A stretch of 58,133 nt of DNA, the filler included, from Bipalium vagum (taxonomy: Eukaryota), in assembly GCA_037834085.1 (NCBI GenBank). It is 3 parts of 3 records of this genome, joined end to end, with 100 filler letters (N's around TTAATTAATTAA, not from the genome) between each part and the next. Parts side by side here need not be neighbours in the genome. Positions count along the whole stretch, not along the records: positions 20,419 to 36,691 come from JBBMKC010119197.1; positions 36,792 to 58,133 come from JBBMKC010236689.1; 1 more part is not named here. One strand, written 5' to 3'. This document shows positions 25,501 to 38,052 of this stretch, piece after piece; the first letter of the stretch is position 1, and the number at the start of each line of letters is the position of its first letter. Position numbers and translations under genes: made by a program. The notes beneath the pieces were generated by a model. The model worked only from the letters and a program-made list of their open reading frames with translations, was not told the origin of the DNA and did not search any database.

Positions 25501-28062
25501 TTAATTTAGAATTTTATAGAGATAATTGATAATCAATAAATTTTATTAGTTTTCGTTGATTAAATGTTACTTGATTGGAAATAGAAATTGTTTTATTTAT
25601 TCTCCATGATCAAACTTTAAAGTTTTTTCTTTAAATCTGACACGTTTTTAAAAATTTGAGAAAAAATTTAGGCAGCTTCATAATAATTGCCAAATTTATT
25701 ATTCTAGCGGACTTCGGAATAGCAGCTAAGCTGTCGGCAACAGTAATGAAAAGAACTACTCTTATTGGAACTCCTTATTGGTTGGTTTTTCTTTCAATTC
25801 ATTATTACAATCCTTATTGATAAAATAATTTTATAATTATTTACCTGCATTGTAGAATCGATCTTTATTGATTTTATTAAGACTAGTATAAAGGACCCTT
25901 TGGCAAATGCCTGAAACTATTTGTGAAATAAAAGTAACAGACTCTGGGAACTATTTACATTAAATTAAATTAAAATTCGATAACAGTAATAATGAAATAA
26001 ATAACGTATTATTTTATAATTTATTTTCAAAGTATTCTTAAGTGAAAAACCACTTAAAACGTTTGAAGTGCGTAACATTGAAGGGACTCGTGTGAGTAAA
26101 TTATTACATTGAAATTTATGGAAATTTTAATGGTATTTTTCTCATTGGTTTTCAACTCTTAACTTTTTATGTTATACTTTCCATGACTTTCAAATAGTAC
26201 AAAAAATAACTTTATTTTCTAATCGTTAAAAAATTTTTCTTAGAAAATCAATATTTTGAAGATAATAAAAATTGTTAGTAATTTTATCAATATGATAGAT
26301 AACATCAATCTTTATTATGTAATGAAAACAGAAAGTAAGTGGAACCGACTTTTTGTTGAAACAATTCGTTTTGTGAATAAATTATTTTATCGATTTTTTT
26401 TTCAAAAAATTATTTATTATTTTAGATACTGACAATTATAAACAATAAGTCGATGATTATTGATTTTTCCATACTGTAAGACATTTATATCATTAAAAAC
26501 CCCAAACAGTTCAAAATTTCTATTACAGATATCACTATATCGAACGTGATTTAAATATAATTTATTTTATATTGAAAACGAATCTTTGTGTGCATTAGTG
26601 ATGGCGCCATTACAATACGAATATAATATTTATACTGGATAATGTAATAATTCAAGTTTTTAGTTTCTTTGTTTTTCTGCAAACTGTTAATGGTGTTTTA
26701 TTCGATTATTGTTTTTTTCTCCGCCAGTTTTGAGTTTAAGACAACTATGTGCGAACATCTTGATGCAAGGATGTATAGCTGAAGATGTTGGCCCGATGAT
26801 CTACTTTTCAAAAAATAAATTTATAAAAGTCAATCGATTTTCTTATTATTAATTTTTACATTAATTGAATTATAACTAGAAATAATAAAAAAAAGATTTA
26901 ATTCTAAAATTTGTTTATTAATTTAAGAATTTCTTTTAAAATTATTTAGTTTTATCAATCATGGGAAAATCAATATAGAAATTGTATTCCATTTAGAATT
27001 TTAATAATAAATCAACGTTTTTTCTGTGAACAATGTCAATTTAAACGGATTTTTCAAATAAAAAGTAAATTCATAAATTATATTCATTTTATTAATTTTT
27101 AAAAATTATATTAATTAAAAAATTAATTAATTTTCCATTTAGAAAAAAAGCAAATTAATTTTTTCAAACCTTAAATTTGAGTAAAGAATTAAATTTATTT
27201 TATAAATTATTTGAAAAAATTTTCATTGACATCTTAAAATTTGTATTCTTGTTTACAATATCGAATCCTTGGTAAAACTAAGTGCATGATAAAGAAATTT
27301 TTTAGTTTTAATTTTTTCTAAAAATCGAACGTTAAACATTTTTTTATAGTATTGGTTATTTTTACTAAAAACTTATGAAAAGTAAAATGAATGAGGAAAT
27401 GTAATCAGATGTTTTATTAAAAATTAAAAAACAATTTATTTTCAAAATATTTCACAAATGTAGAATTTTTTTCAATCTAATTTTTTGTGTTTCAGCCAAA
27501 CAAGTTTCTTTTTGAAAAAATGTATTTTTAATATAAATTAAGAATTTATATATTATATTCCTAATTTGCTCTAAGTTCATTCTTTTTACTTGAACTTCTT
27601 GAGCAGATTATAGGTAGTATGTTTTTATATCAATTCTATAACAAACTCAAATATGAATTTTTTAGATTTTTCAAGATTAAATTGTTTTTTTTATTAAGAA
27701 TTATTGATTTCAAATTAATATTTAAATAACAATAATATAAACAAAAATCAATCTTAAAAATAAATTAAAATTAAAAAATAATTATTAAAATCAAAATGAT
27801 TTCCCAAAACAATTTAAATTCTAATACTATTAATTAATATTATTAATTCCGAAAATCTGAATAGAAAGCGAGATAGTAAGTGTTTCCAATAGGTTAAAAA
27901 CTTTTGTTTTCATATCCGTGTTATTTGTTTAGTTTTTGTGTACATTTTATTAAGTGTATTTAATTGTTTAAAACAAAAATAATATTCTGATTATTTTATT
28001 TTTCCATCAACTTTTCTTTAATATTATCAGTATTACTTCAATTGATATCATACTTGAAATCA

Positions 28063-28113
<51 letters not shown>

Positions 28114-31100
28114 TTATTTTTGTTAGTATTAGTATTAGTATTATTTTATGATTAATCATAAAAATCTTATAAAATTAAGTGGGATGTTTTCTCTCTAGTA
28201 ATAGTTTTAATTATTAATCACTTTGGGTCCGTAATGGAGTTAAGTGACTTATAAAATGTTAATATTATTTACACTCAATCTTTTACACATAAATAATTTT
28301 GCTGAAATTTTGGAAAGGTGATTTTTTAGGTGTTCAAGTTCTGCTCTGAAAATATTTATCTTAATGTCGTAGTGTTTGTCCTCGTGATCAAAAAATCAAT
28401 ATCATGAAAAATATTGTTTGTCTAATAATTATAATGCAAACAAATAGTACTATTATTAAAGCACGCCAATCGACAAATTTTCACATAAAAGTATTATCGA
28501 TATATATCAAACTTCGTCGTTTTGAAAATTGAAAGTTTTAAAAATTATCATTTCAATTGTCTTCATACATTTAGGATGGCTCCAGAAGTGGCAGCTGTAA
28601 ACAATCGGACCGGTGGTTATGATGAACGCTGTGATGTTTGGGGCGTGGGTATAACGGCAATTGAATATGCCGAATTGCAACCTCCTCTGTTTGATTTGCA
28701 TCCTATGAAGTGAATAATGTTTGTCACTGTGTTAAATATATTTCCAATTCCAGAGCTTTACAAATACTTTCTCAACGAACATATTCGCCACCAAGGTTAC
28801 AGAAAAAAGAAAATTGGTAACGAGATAACTTTTTATTTTCACAATATATATATATATATATAATATTAAATCATTATTTTTCGATAAATCCATTTATAGA
28901 ATATTTCTTAAATTAAAAAAAATATGGAAATCTCTTGAAAAAAATAATTTAAATCTTGAATATTGATTAATTTTATTCTTCTTTTCTATCAGGTCGGCCA
29001 AATTTCATTCCTTTTTGAAATTTTCATTGTTAAAAAACGAAAAGAAACGCCCCAATTGCGAAATGATGCTAACGGTAATCAAATAGGATTAACAATCGTC
29101 TTTTAATTTACTTCTCTCGTTGACGGTTTAGCATGATTTTGTTACCCAAGAACATTTATCGGTTAAGCTAACGCTGAATCTTCTGCAACAGAACAATAAA
29201 GACCACAAATTGCCAGTTTACAAGTCGAATGAAAAGAAACCTAAAGTGATTTCTTTTTTAGTCAAAAATATATCTATTTCATCATCTATTTTTTTATTTG
29301 TGACTATATCTATCATTTCCATTATCGTTTTAATTTAGGAATCGAAACCCGTTACAAATGCAAACAGTAATCATTCTGCACCGATCACGGAGAACAAATC
29401 TGTAAATAACGAATCAGCGAAACCGGTCCTTTCTTCTGTATTGATTGATGCAAATAAATTACCGTTTGATCACAAAAATGTAATTGTAACATTATTTGCA
29501 TTTTTTCCAATGTTGTTAATAAATTAAATAATAATGATTTCCTCGTTTTATTTTAAAAGAATATCGATTTTAAATTATAAATGTTGTCAGATGATTCTGA
29601 TATAAAACCAAGCTTGATTATGGGTTATTTAAAATATTGATTCTTAATTTTATATTAAAGATTATAAAAATAAGAAAGAAAATAAAGAAGTAAGAAAAAA
29701 TAATAATTTTGATTGTTTTGTAACTTTCCACAAACATTTGATTTATTAATAAATCTCTATTGATTTTAATTAATTTTTAAAATCGTTGTAGTACGTTAAC
29801 ATGAAATGGAAAAATTTTTTAGAAATGTGCAAGTAAAAAGTATATCTCAATAAATGGATCTACAACTGATCAATGGCTCGTAAATCATATTGTTGAAATT
29901 GAGATATTCTTTAATATTCATTTTTTAATAAATCAAAATATTTGACAAAATTTTGATTCTTTCATTCGATATTTGGTTTTCAAATTGAGTGTTATTTCTC
30001 ACTTAACAAATGAATTGATTTTCTTTGATTATTTTTTATCAAATGGCTTCCAATCAACGAGTCCTTAAGGATGAAATTGAGGTCGATAATAACAACTATT
30101 TCTTTTTCAAATTTTCATTAGTCGACTGACAATATTTAAGTGCAGACAACAAGTTTTTTCGTTGGATTGTGGCCAGGATGATATCAAATTTGATTTTTTT
30201 TAAACATAAAGTTGATAGATACAAACCTGATACTCAACAAATCGATTTTCATTGATTGATTTAAAATTTATTTCAAAAATTCAATTCTTATAAAATTTTA
30301 GAATATACATATTTATTTTTAAACTTCATTGATTTTCCATTTAGGAACTTTCTGCAAACAATTCTGAATTATATCAGACTCCTATTCTGAAAGATGACGA
30401 GTAAGTAATGTTGTTTTTCTCAAAAACAGTCTCTAATGCTTCGCACATTTTGCACTCACAACTATTTTACCCCATAATATAATCTGAAACCGGTCAATGT
30501 CAGTGGCATGTCTAAATTCTCTTTTTTGACTTGAAATTTTTGTTTTGTTGATCTCTTATTTTGTTGTTAATATTGAAACAATTTTTTAAGGTTAATAATT
30601 GATTTTGAAAAGAAATCAATAGTTTTAATATGACTCAAATTACAGTTTTCGAAATTTTAAATTTATAATTTCAAAATGGAAAATTTAACTAATGACACAA
30701 GAGCAAAATAAATTCTTATAAATAAATTTATTATAACATACGAAGTAATATTCTATTTTTATTAAAAGCTTAAATAGTTTTGATTGTTTAATTTTCTTTT
30801 ATCAAAATAAATATTTTAATATCAATTCTTATTTTTAAAAATAATAAGTTGTTTTATTTTTTCATATAATTTCATTATAGTTTATTTGAGTTTTGAATTA
30901 TCGGGAACTTTTGATACAACCTAATATTAATACGAACATCATTTATGCACTATTAGTTGTAGTTTTAAATGAAACTTATGAACATGAAATTGATTTTGGT
31001 TTTTTGACATCTTTCATTTCACCTAACAATTTCTTCAGAGGTGTAAAATATAATTAATTATTATCAAACCGTTATTTTTTGTTTCTTATATATTTTTAAT

Positions 31101-31397
31101 ACTCCAATGAGGCATTGGTGTTTAGTGATTAGAGAATGAATTTGCCATGTCAGATTGAGTTTCGTAAATTGGTTGATATTATTACTTTTGCTATTTGCAG
31201 TGAATAATATTTAATTTCCGATTTACTTCGTTTCAGCGACTTTATGGTTAGTTTTGATAAGGAGTTACAGAAAAGGTAAGTAAATTTCATTTTGTTAGCT
31301 TTTTCACGGCTCTTTATTATTAAATCCTTATATCAGAATTGATTATTGTGTAACATCTAGCCATATTTCAAGATTTATCATTCACTTCTTGACAGAA

Positions 31398-31466
<69 letters not shown>

Positions 31467-34400
31467 TTATGACAAGTAATTGAGAGCATTAAAAAAAGTT
31501 TCTAAATGATTGACTGGATCCTGTATTTACCCATATTTCATCTTTGTTAAAATCAATAATTTTAATGAATATAAAACTTGATCTTTAATTTAATGAAAAC
31601 GAGACCTCAGTTAACTGATTTAAGAACTGATCATTTTTTTGTATTTGAAACAATCATAGCCTCGAGATAAATTACCATGTGTAGAACACATTGAAATACG
31701 TTTAAGGTTTCAGGTTAAAATAAAAAGATATCAAGAAAACTTTTAATTCAATCTAAATTTTGCAATGTGCGTAAAGTGAGATGCTTCAATTCATAAAGAT
31801 AAATTATTTTTATTTACAAATTATAGAAATTATCGGTTTTATTTGTGAAAATCAATCACCTTTAACGATTAATACTACTAATTATTTTTTTTTTAAATTC
31901 ATTCTAAAAAATGTAACTTTTTGAATATTCTGTTATTTTATTTTAAATAGCGATACAAATGAATTATTTGCAAGAATTAATCTTTCTTTCACTAAAACAA
32001 TTAAAATTGTCAGAATGCTAAGTTATTTGTTTAGATTAATATATATTTATTATTGTGGTCTTTGTGTTCACATTTTTTTTTATTTGTTTTGTCGCTGTTA
32101 GTTTGAATTCAGTAACGATTGAATTTTTCTCACAATTTCCTTTTGAAATCGATTAACATTAAAGTTTTCAGAGGTCATCGATCACTTTTGAAGAACGAAG
32201 GAGAACGAAACAGCTTTTATGAAAATTGCCCGGAACAAATTAGTTTATATCGATCACCTGATATAAAGCCTCAAGATAATAATAGTGTATTGATTATTTT
32301 ACATGAGACTTGATATGCTTGATTGCGTGATTGAATCACTTTCGTTGCTTTAGGTGGGGATATCACAAAATTTACCATATCATGAAAAAATAGGAGCATC
32401 CATGAATGATCTTAATGTTTCCGTTCGGAATATTAAGAAATCGGATCTTCCCGTCAATCCTCCCCCTCCGAGACCTAAATCAGTGATCACCTTATCTTCA
32501 AATTCAAATAGTTTGTCAAAACCTTCCAGGCCCGAAAAACCTCCTCAGTATTTGTCAGAACTTCAAAATGTAGAAAAGAAAAATGATTTTTATGACGATT
32601 TGGATCCATGCAGTATTCCCAGAATTCCCAAAGTTCACGTTAGCAACAATAATTTGTGATCTAGAATATTTAAAAATATTGGCTTACAGATGGGTGCGTG
32701 TTTTGTTCTTATTTTCGAAGGATGTCCTTTGAAGATTAATTCAAGTGGTTCATGGACGAACCCAGAAACCAAAGGTTCAAAAATATATTTTTTCATAATA
32801 GACTTATCTTAATTATCAATGTTCATTTAATTTATTACTTATTATGATAATAATTTTTTTCTTCATTGTAATTATTAATAATTATAGTTTTATTTAAATT
32901 TATGTGCATTATTATTTGAACTGCACACAAAATATGTATTATTAAAATTATTGATTGACCGAATGGAAATGTACTTTTTATGTAATTAGTGAATTATGAG
33001 AAAAACTCATTATTATGTTATTTAGAAAAGCTGATATTACTCGGAACCAACGATGGCATTTATTATCTTAACACAAACGAAATGCACGATAAAAAATTGG
33101 ATTTAGTATGTTGTTTTATTTACTATAATTCACATTATTACTCTGATAAATTCTTTGGTTCCATAATGATTTTAGTTGATATGCAGACTGAAATGATATT
33201 AATTAATATAAATCTAAGAATTCATTTATAAATAATTAGTTCAAATTCCATACATGATACTTTAGAAATGATTTCAGATTTTAGTTATTTTACTGATTAT
33301 TAATTATTATTATTTCATTTCATTAAGAAACTTTGAACAAAAATTTAAAGATAAAACATTTGCTTCTCAATTGTGATTGTTATTATGAGAATAGTGCTAC
33401 TTATCAGTTTTTTGTTATTGATCCAATCCGGTTTATAATTCAAACATTGGCGCTTTTTATTCTATTTTCTCTCATATTTGAAGAAATAATTGTAATTTAT
33501 TCATTAACTAATTTTATCAGCGATTTTAAATTTGTTTATCTTATCAGGTTGACGTTTTAATCGATTATTTTTTTAAAAAGCAATTATAAGGAAAATAAGA
33601 CGAGTGTGATTCAATAGCCAATAAATATAATCACCAACACTGACCTTTTCCTATAAGAACATTTTAGTAATGACAAATTTTCTTTCCCGTTAAACAGTTT
33701 TGTCTTTCTATAGCTGTGAAATGCACTTAAAAATGACGTCATCGTTTATAATAACATTTTTACATTAAAAAAAAATTAGAGAATAATTAAAACAAAATTA
33801 AAAAATTGCTCTCATTTAAACTAGTTATTATTAATATTTATGAATGACTGAAAGTGTAATTTAAAATTTAATGAATTATTTGATAAACATCTATTGATTA
33901 CATAAATTGATTTAGTATCGTTTAAAACAAATGAGACATTCATTAGTTACCAAAAGGTCTAGTTCCCTCAAATTGATCATAATAATATAGGGAAAATGTT
34001 TTCAAACAAAAAATAAATAATTTTCATGTTCTCTTGTGAATTGTGCATTTTTAAAAATTATTTTTTGAGAGTAAAAGTAATCTTTAGTCCAAAAATGATA
34101 TGAAAGGGAAAATACAAAAATTATCATTGTTAAAAGCCAATTTTTTGACATATTATTGTATTTTTATGGTTTTTTATTTAGCTAGTTCCTCGCCGTTGTT
34201 TGTGGCTCAGTGTAATAAGAGATACAATGATTTCTTTGTCCGGACATAGTCCCCAACTTTACACCCACAATCTTATTTCATTGATCAGAATGAAAACTCA
34301 GGACCAAGCAATGAGTCGATTGGCCAATAAACTGATCCCTCGGTAATTTTATTAATCATTTAAGTGTTTCCATAGGTCAATATTAACTAAAAATTTCGGA

Positions 34401-35851
34401 TAATATCTCTCTTAAAAATAATATTTGCATTCAAATTCTTAAAATCATTTTCTTCAAAAACCTGTCTGAAAATAATTTTGTTTAAAAATATATTTAGAAC
34501 TTTTATTAATTTTTAATTAATTTGAAAAAATTTTTTCCATGATTATTCAGTTTTACGAAAGTGCTTGAACATGGTTCTTTTTACACTATCATGATTATAA
34601 TTGATAAGTTGCTAATCTGATTTGACTACTAATCAATCAACTAAACTCCATCTAATTTGAAAAAGATCACATTAAAGAGATTTCTTTTTCATTATTTACA
34701 TTACTTCAAAGAAGTTGATAACAGATTCGATAAAAGAATGAATTTCTTCAACCTGCGAAAACATTTCTTGTTTACCTTAGCTTTCTATCAATATTAACAT
34801 ATTATATTTTATTAACATTTAATATTTATTTTTCAAAAGTTATAATCACACTCCTAAGACAATGTTAAAATTTTAAAATGTAACAATTTTTTACACTATC
34901 TGAAGTAATCATAAAATAAACTAATTTTGATTGGTTATTGGTAATTTAAGTGCTGATCAAAAAATAAATTTTTCAGTCACTTTTGGAATTGTATTTTATT
35001 CTGATTTCTATTCTGCACACACATCTTCAGTAAACCTGGTCTTCTTTAAATGTTTCGTATTGATTTTTTAATATATTTATATCGATGATGTGACCATTCT
35101 TAAATAGAACTTGAAACGTCATTTGACTTGGTTTTAATTATTATCGTATTATTATCATTATTCGATTATTATTGATTATACAATAAAGTATATTATACAA
35201 TAAAGTCAATGTTTATTGATTTGTATGCATTCGATGAATTTCATTTATTCAGTGATTTTTTGTGATTGTTTATCACTTGTAAATCAACTCTTTTATTGAA
35301 TATTTTCTCTAGTCGATTGAGACCAAGTTGTAAATTTTTGGACACAAAAAGTTGTCAGATGGTCAGTATCATAAGGAATCCGTTCACTGGATCCAAGTAT
35401 ATGTGTGCAGCCTTGAATAAACAGATTTTTCTTTACGAGTGGTTCAGTCCACGAAGTACTTTTATTGAAATTAAGCGAGTAAGTGAAGACGTTTGAACAT
35501 TGTTGATATTTTCCTTTCAACTCTTCGCCTTGTGTCTGTTCCAGGTTGACGTCCCAGCCATGCCTTGCCCGCTACTTAATTTTGATCTCTTTGTAAGTCG
35601 AGAACAAAACTTCCCTATTGTTTGTTTGGGTGTTTATAAAACACAAGATCCCGATCGATACAAGTTGAATTTGGTCAATCTTCAAGACAATAATCGCAGT
35701 GTATGGTTCCAGTCTACAAATAGTGGTAAATAATAATTTTAAACTTAATATGAAATATATGTTTGAATTAATTTTTATTTAGCAGAAGATCGATTGGATG
35801 TGATCAAAGTACTGCAAATTGAACCAAATACTCTACTTGTTTGCTTTCAAA
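22521..35851 (+). CDS. MAP4K3: GCK-I family MAP4K (MAP4K3/MAP4K5/happyhour-like) Ser/Thr kinase with C-terminal CNH domain; 21 exons, 3'-incomplete
   Basis: Hand-spliced GT-AG exons with all phases consistent: 22521-22634, 22683-22831, 24239-24303, 24351-24457, 24501-24543, 25708-25780, 28575-28709, 28754-28816, 28993-29074, 29132-29245, 29339-29479, 30345-30400, 31237-31275, 32172-32286, 32354-32638, 32690-32774, 33026-33105, 34182-34342, 35313-35478, 35545-35725, 35783-35851 (2323 nt, about 774 aa, no stop reached). Motifs: [73 protein letters not shown]; CNH entry [46 protein letters not shown]. These are GCK-I hallmarks. MAP4K3 and MAP4K5 cannot be separated (probably an invertebrate co-orthologue). 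Confidence 0.93.
24860..25090. repeat. Intronic dispersed repeat (MAP4K intron 5), second copy at about 29975-30170 (intron 11)
   Basis: Shared core ccaat.aacgagtcctta..ga.gaaattgaggtcgataataacaac.atttcttt.tcaa and ttctcactt...tgaat.gattttctttga in the same orientation. Confidence 0.8.
28063..28113. repeat. (ATT)n microsatellite, interrupted
   Basis: Directly visible. Confidence 0.9.
29975..30170. repeat. Second copy of the intronic repeat at 24860-25090
   Basis: Direct alignment by eye with the intron-5 copy. Confidence 0.8.
31398..31466. repeat. (AAT)23 microsatellite
   Basis: Perfect tract in MAP4K intron 13. Confidence 0.95.
32690..35851 (+). other. Exons encoding the partial CNH (citron homology) domain of the MAP4K
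   Basis: [50 protein letters not shown]...[31 protein letters not shown]...[11 protein letters not shown] follows the MAP4K3/5 CNH sequence as I recall it. Confidence 0.88.
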
Positions 35852-35989
35852 GTAATATTTTCAGTCAATCATTAATTTTTTTGAAAGATTTTCTAAAATT
35901 AGACATTTTTCATTTATTATTATTTTACAAAAATTGTGTAACATGAAATATCCGATGTGAGGTTCGAAATCATTGTTAAAACAACTGCT

Positions 35990-36270
35990 ATCAAATGCCT
36001 TGCGACTAACAATGAATTTTTTAGCAAAATTCCGAACGATTTGACTTCAAGTAAATTTATCTACACCGGTCAGTAAATCATCATTTTAAATGACGCTTCT
36101 GGGTCTACCATGTTCTACGTTTGACCAGCTTTTATTACTTTGGTAAAATTTTACCTAGGCCGAATCCCTAATTCATGTTTTAGGAAATTCAGAAACCTCA
36201 TGTCGTAATTTCCATTTGTATAAGTAAATTGTGGGGATTTCTTTTTTAGCTTTCTCCCTTCCTGGTGTTT
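35990..36270 (-). mobile_element. Decayed mariner transposase N-terminal fragment
   Basis: KKEIPTIYLYKWKLRH...KFYQSNKSWSNVEHGRPRSVI*NDDLL...SQIVRNFAKKF matches the mariner HTH1-GRP-HTH2 layout. Confidence 0.6.
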
Positions 36271-36614
36271 TCTAAGAATTTAGTGGATTATTTAAATAAA
36301 GATTTTAAAATGAAATATAATCTATTTCTGCAACTTATTGCAAAATATTTGAAAAAATTAATTATTGAAATTGGACATTTCATAATACAGCCTAATAATT
36401 TAAATTCATTTTATTCATAAAACTATCATCAATTTTTTTCATTAAGTTACTACTATTACGGTGATTTCTAGTTAAAAAAATTGATTACAAAATTATTAAT
36501 ATTTTATCTCTTAAGAAATGGTATTATTAATAAACTAAAAAATTATTCAGAATGTCATAACTATCATTGGTGTCCATCCACACCAAAATATCATTTATCA
36601 GTTTTGTGAGATGA

Positions 36615-36683
<69 letters not shown>

Positions 36684-36691
36684 CATAATAA
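36615..36691. repeat. (AAT)n microsatellite ending the contig
   Basis: Tract runs into the N spacer. Confidence 0.95.
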
Positions 36692-36791
36692 NNNNNNNNN
36701 NNNNNNNNNNNNNNNNNNNNNNNNNNNNNNNNNNNTTAATTAATTAANNNNNNNNNNNNNNNNNNNNNNNNNNNNNNNNNNNNNNNNNNNN
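36692..36791. other. Artificial 100-bp join spacer: N44-TTAATTAATTAA-N44
   Basis: Same structure as 20319-20418. Confidence 0.95.
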
Positions 36792-37199
36792 ACCCTTATG
36801 AAAATTTAGTAAAATTGAAAATTTCTTTCAAACACTTGACTTTGAGCTATAACATATTAGAAATGAGTTTTTTTCTAGAATGGTTTCAACTCTTTAATAT
36901 TTTTTAAATTTGAGAAAAAAGTGAAGAGTGTCCCATAAGTCCCCTTGGAAAGTAATTTTAAATATCTTTCATTAAATTCACTCGATTGAAATTTTTATTT
37001 ATATAATATTAAAGTATGTAAGTCTAAGTTTTGTTTCAATATTTTAAAATTAGATATAGCAAATGCCGCTTGATTTTTTAAGTTAAGAATCAAAATTGTA
37101 CTTTTAATGGCCAAATTCATCTCAATTTGTGTTGTTAAACGAAATTAAATGCCGAATTTGGGAAAATATCGCCAAGTGAAAGTCCTATAAGAGAGACTT

Positions 37200-38052
37200 T
37201 TTATGGTTTTTGTGAGATTGGGTCGGTGAAAGATTGTGAACGTTCTGGAAGACCAAGGCTGATCACTGAAGTGAAGTTATTGAAAGTGACCCACAATGCA
37301 GTGTTCGATCTGTTGCAACCACCTGCTCCATTTCGCGAACAACAATCCATCGAATTATGAGAGAACAGATATCATTGATACCTTTTAAGTTCCATTTCGC
37401 ACAGGAATTACATGAAGATGATTTTCAAGACAGAGTTCAGATGTGCAAAACCCTGGTCCCAATGTTAGAAAATGTGGATATTCAGGAAAATATTTTCTTT
37501 TCAGATGAAGCAAAGGATTAGTAAATAAAAATAACTTCATAACCCATCTGTTACTTTTGAAACTGCTAGAAAATCCCAGAAGGTAAATGTTTGGTGAGAT
37601 TTGTCAAAAAAAATTATCGGTCTGTATTTCTTTAAAGATGAGACTGTTAATGGCCAAAATTATCTATCAATGCTTCTAAACTAGTTTATGTTTTAAGTGA
37701 GGAAAATGTAAAAGGTACGGTCTCTGGTATTTCAGCAAGATGGAGCTCATGTGCATTTTTCAACAAATATAAGACGGTATTTTGACGCTCATTTTCTGTA
37801 CAGGTGGATTGGAAGAGGTGGTTCAAATCGATGGGTTCCACGTTCACCTGATTCAACTCCTAGTGACTTCTATTTATGGGGCCATTTAAAAAATAATATA
37901 TATAAATCTGAAATCAAAAATATTGACGATTTGAAAACAAAAATCACCCAAGAAATAAAAAGTTACCACAGAAACTTTTATTTTTAAATATTGTAAAAAG
38001 GATGATTTTATGTACATCGGTTAATGGTAGTCATTTCGAACAATTGTTTCAA
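37200..38052 (+). mobile_element. Decayed rosa (DD41D) transposase
   Basis: GSVKDCERSGRPR, PFKFHFAQELHEDD, IFFSDEA, then FQQD followed by exactly 41 residues and D (WIGRGG..WVPRSPDSTPSDFYLWGHLK); ends NGSHFEQLF. Confidence 0.92.

Larger units (their letters stand above)
22521..29160 (+). other. Exons encoding the STE20/GCK-I kinase domain of the MAP4K
   Basis: Gly-loop GSGTYG, VAIK lysine, alphaC Glu (ICQEI), HRDIKGAN, DFG, APE, DVWGVG and subdomain XI KKRP..MMLTHDFV are all present. Confidence 0.9.

Noticed and set aside
28507-28701. Minus-strand 64-aa ORF (also 35293-35520, 21108-21293, 9794-9982, 19730-19939, 52563-52766)
   Set aside because: Antisense shadows of real exons, transposase remnants or candidate exons on the other strand.
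36100-36275. Apparent spliced minus-strand exon pair
   Set aside because: The unspliced translation fits a mariner N-terminus better.
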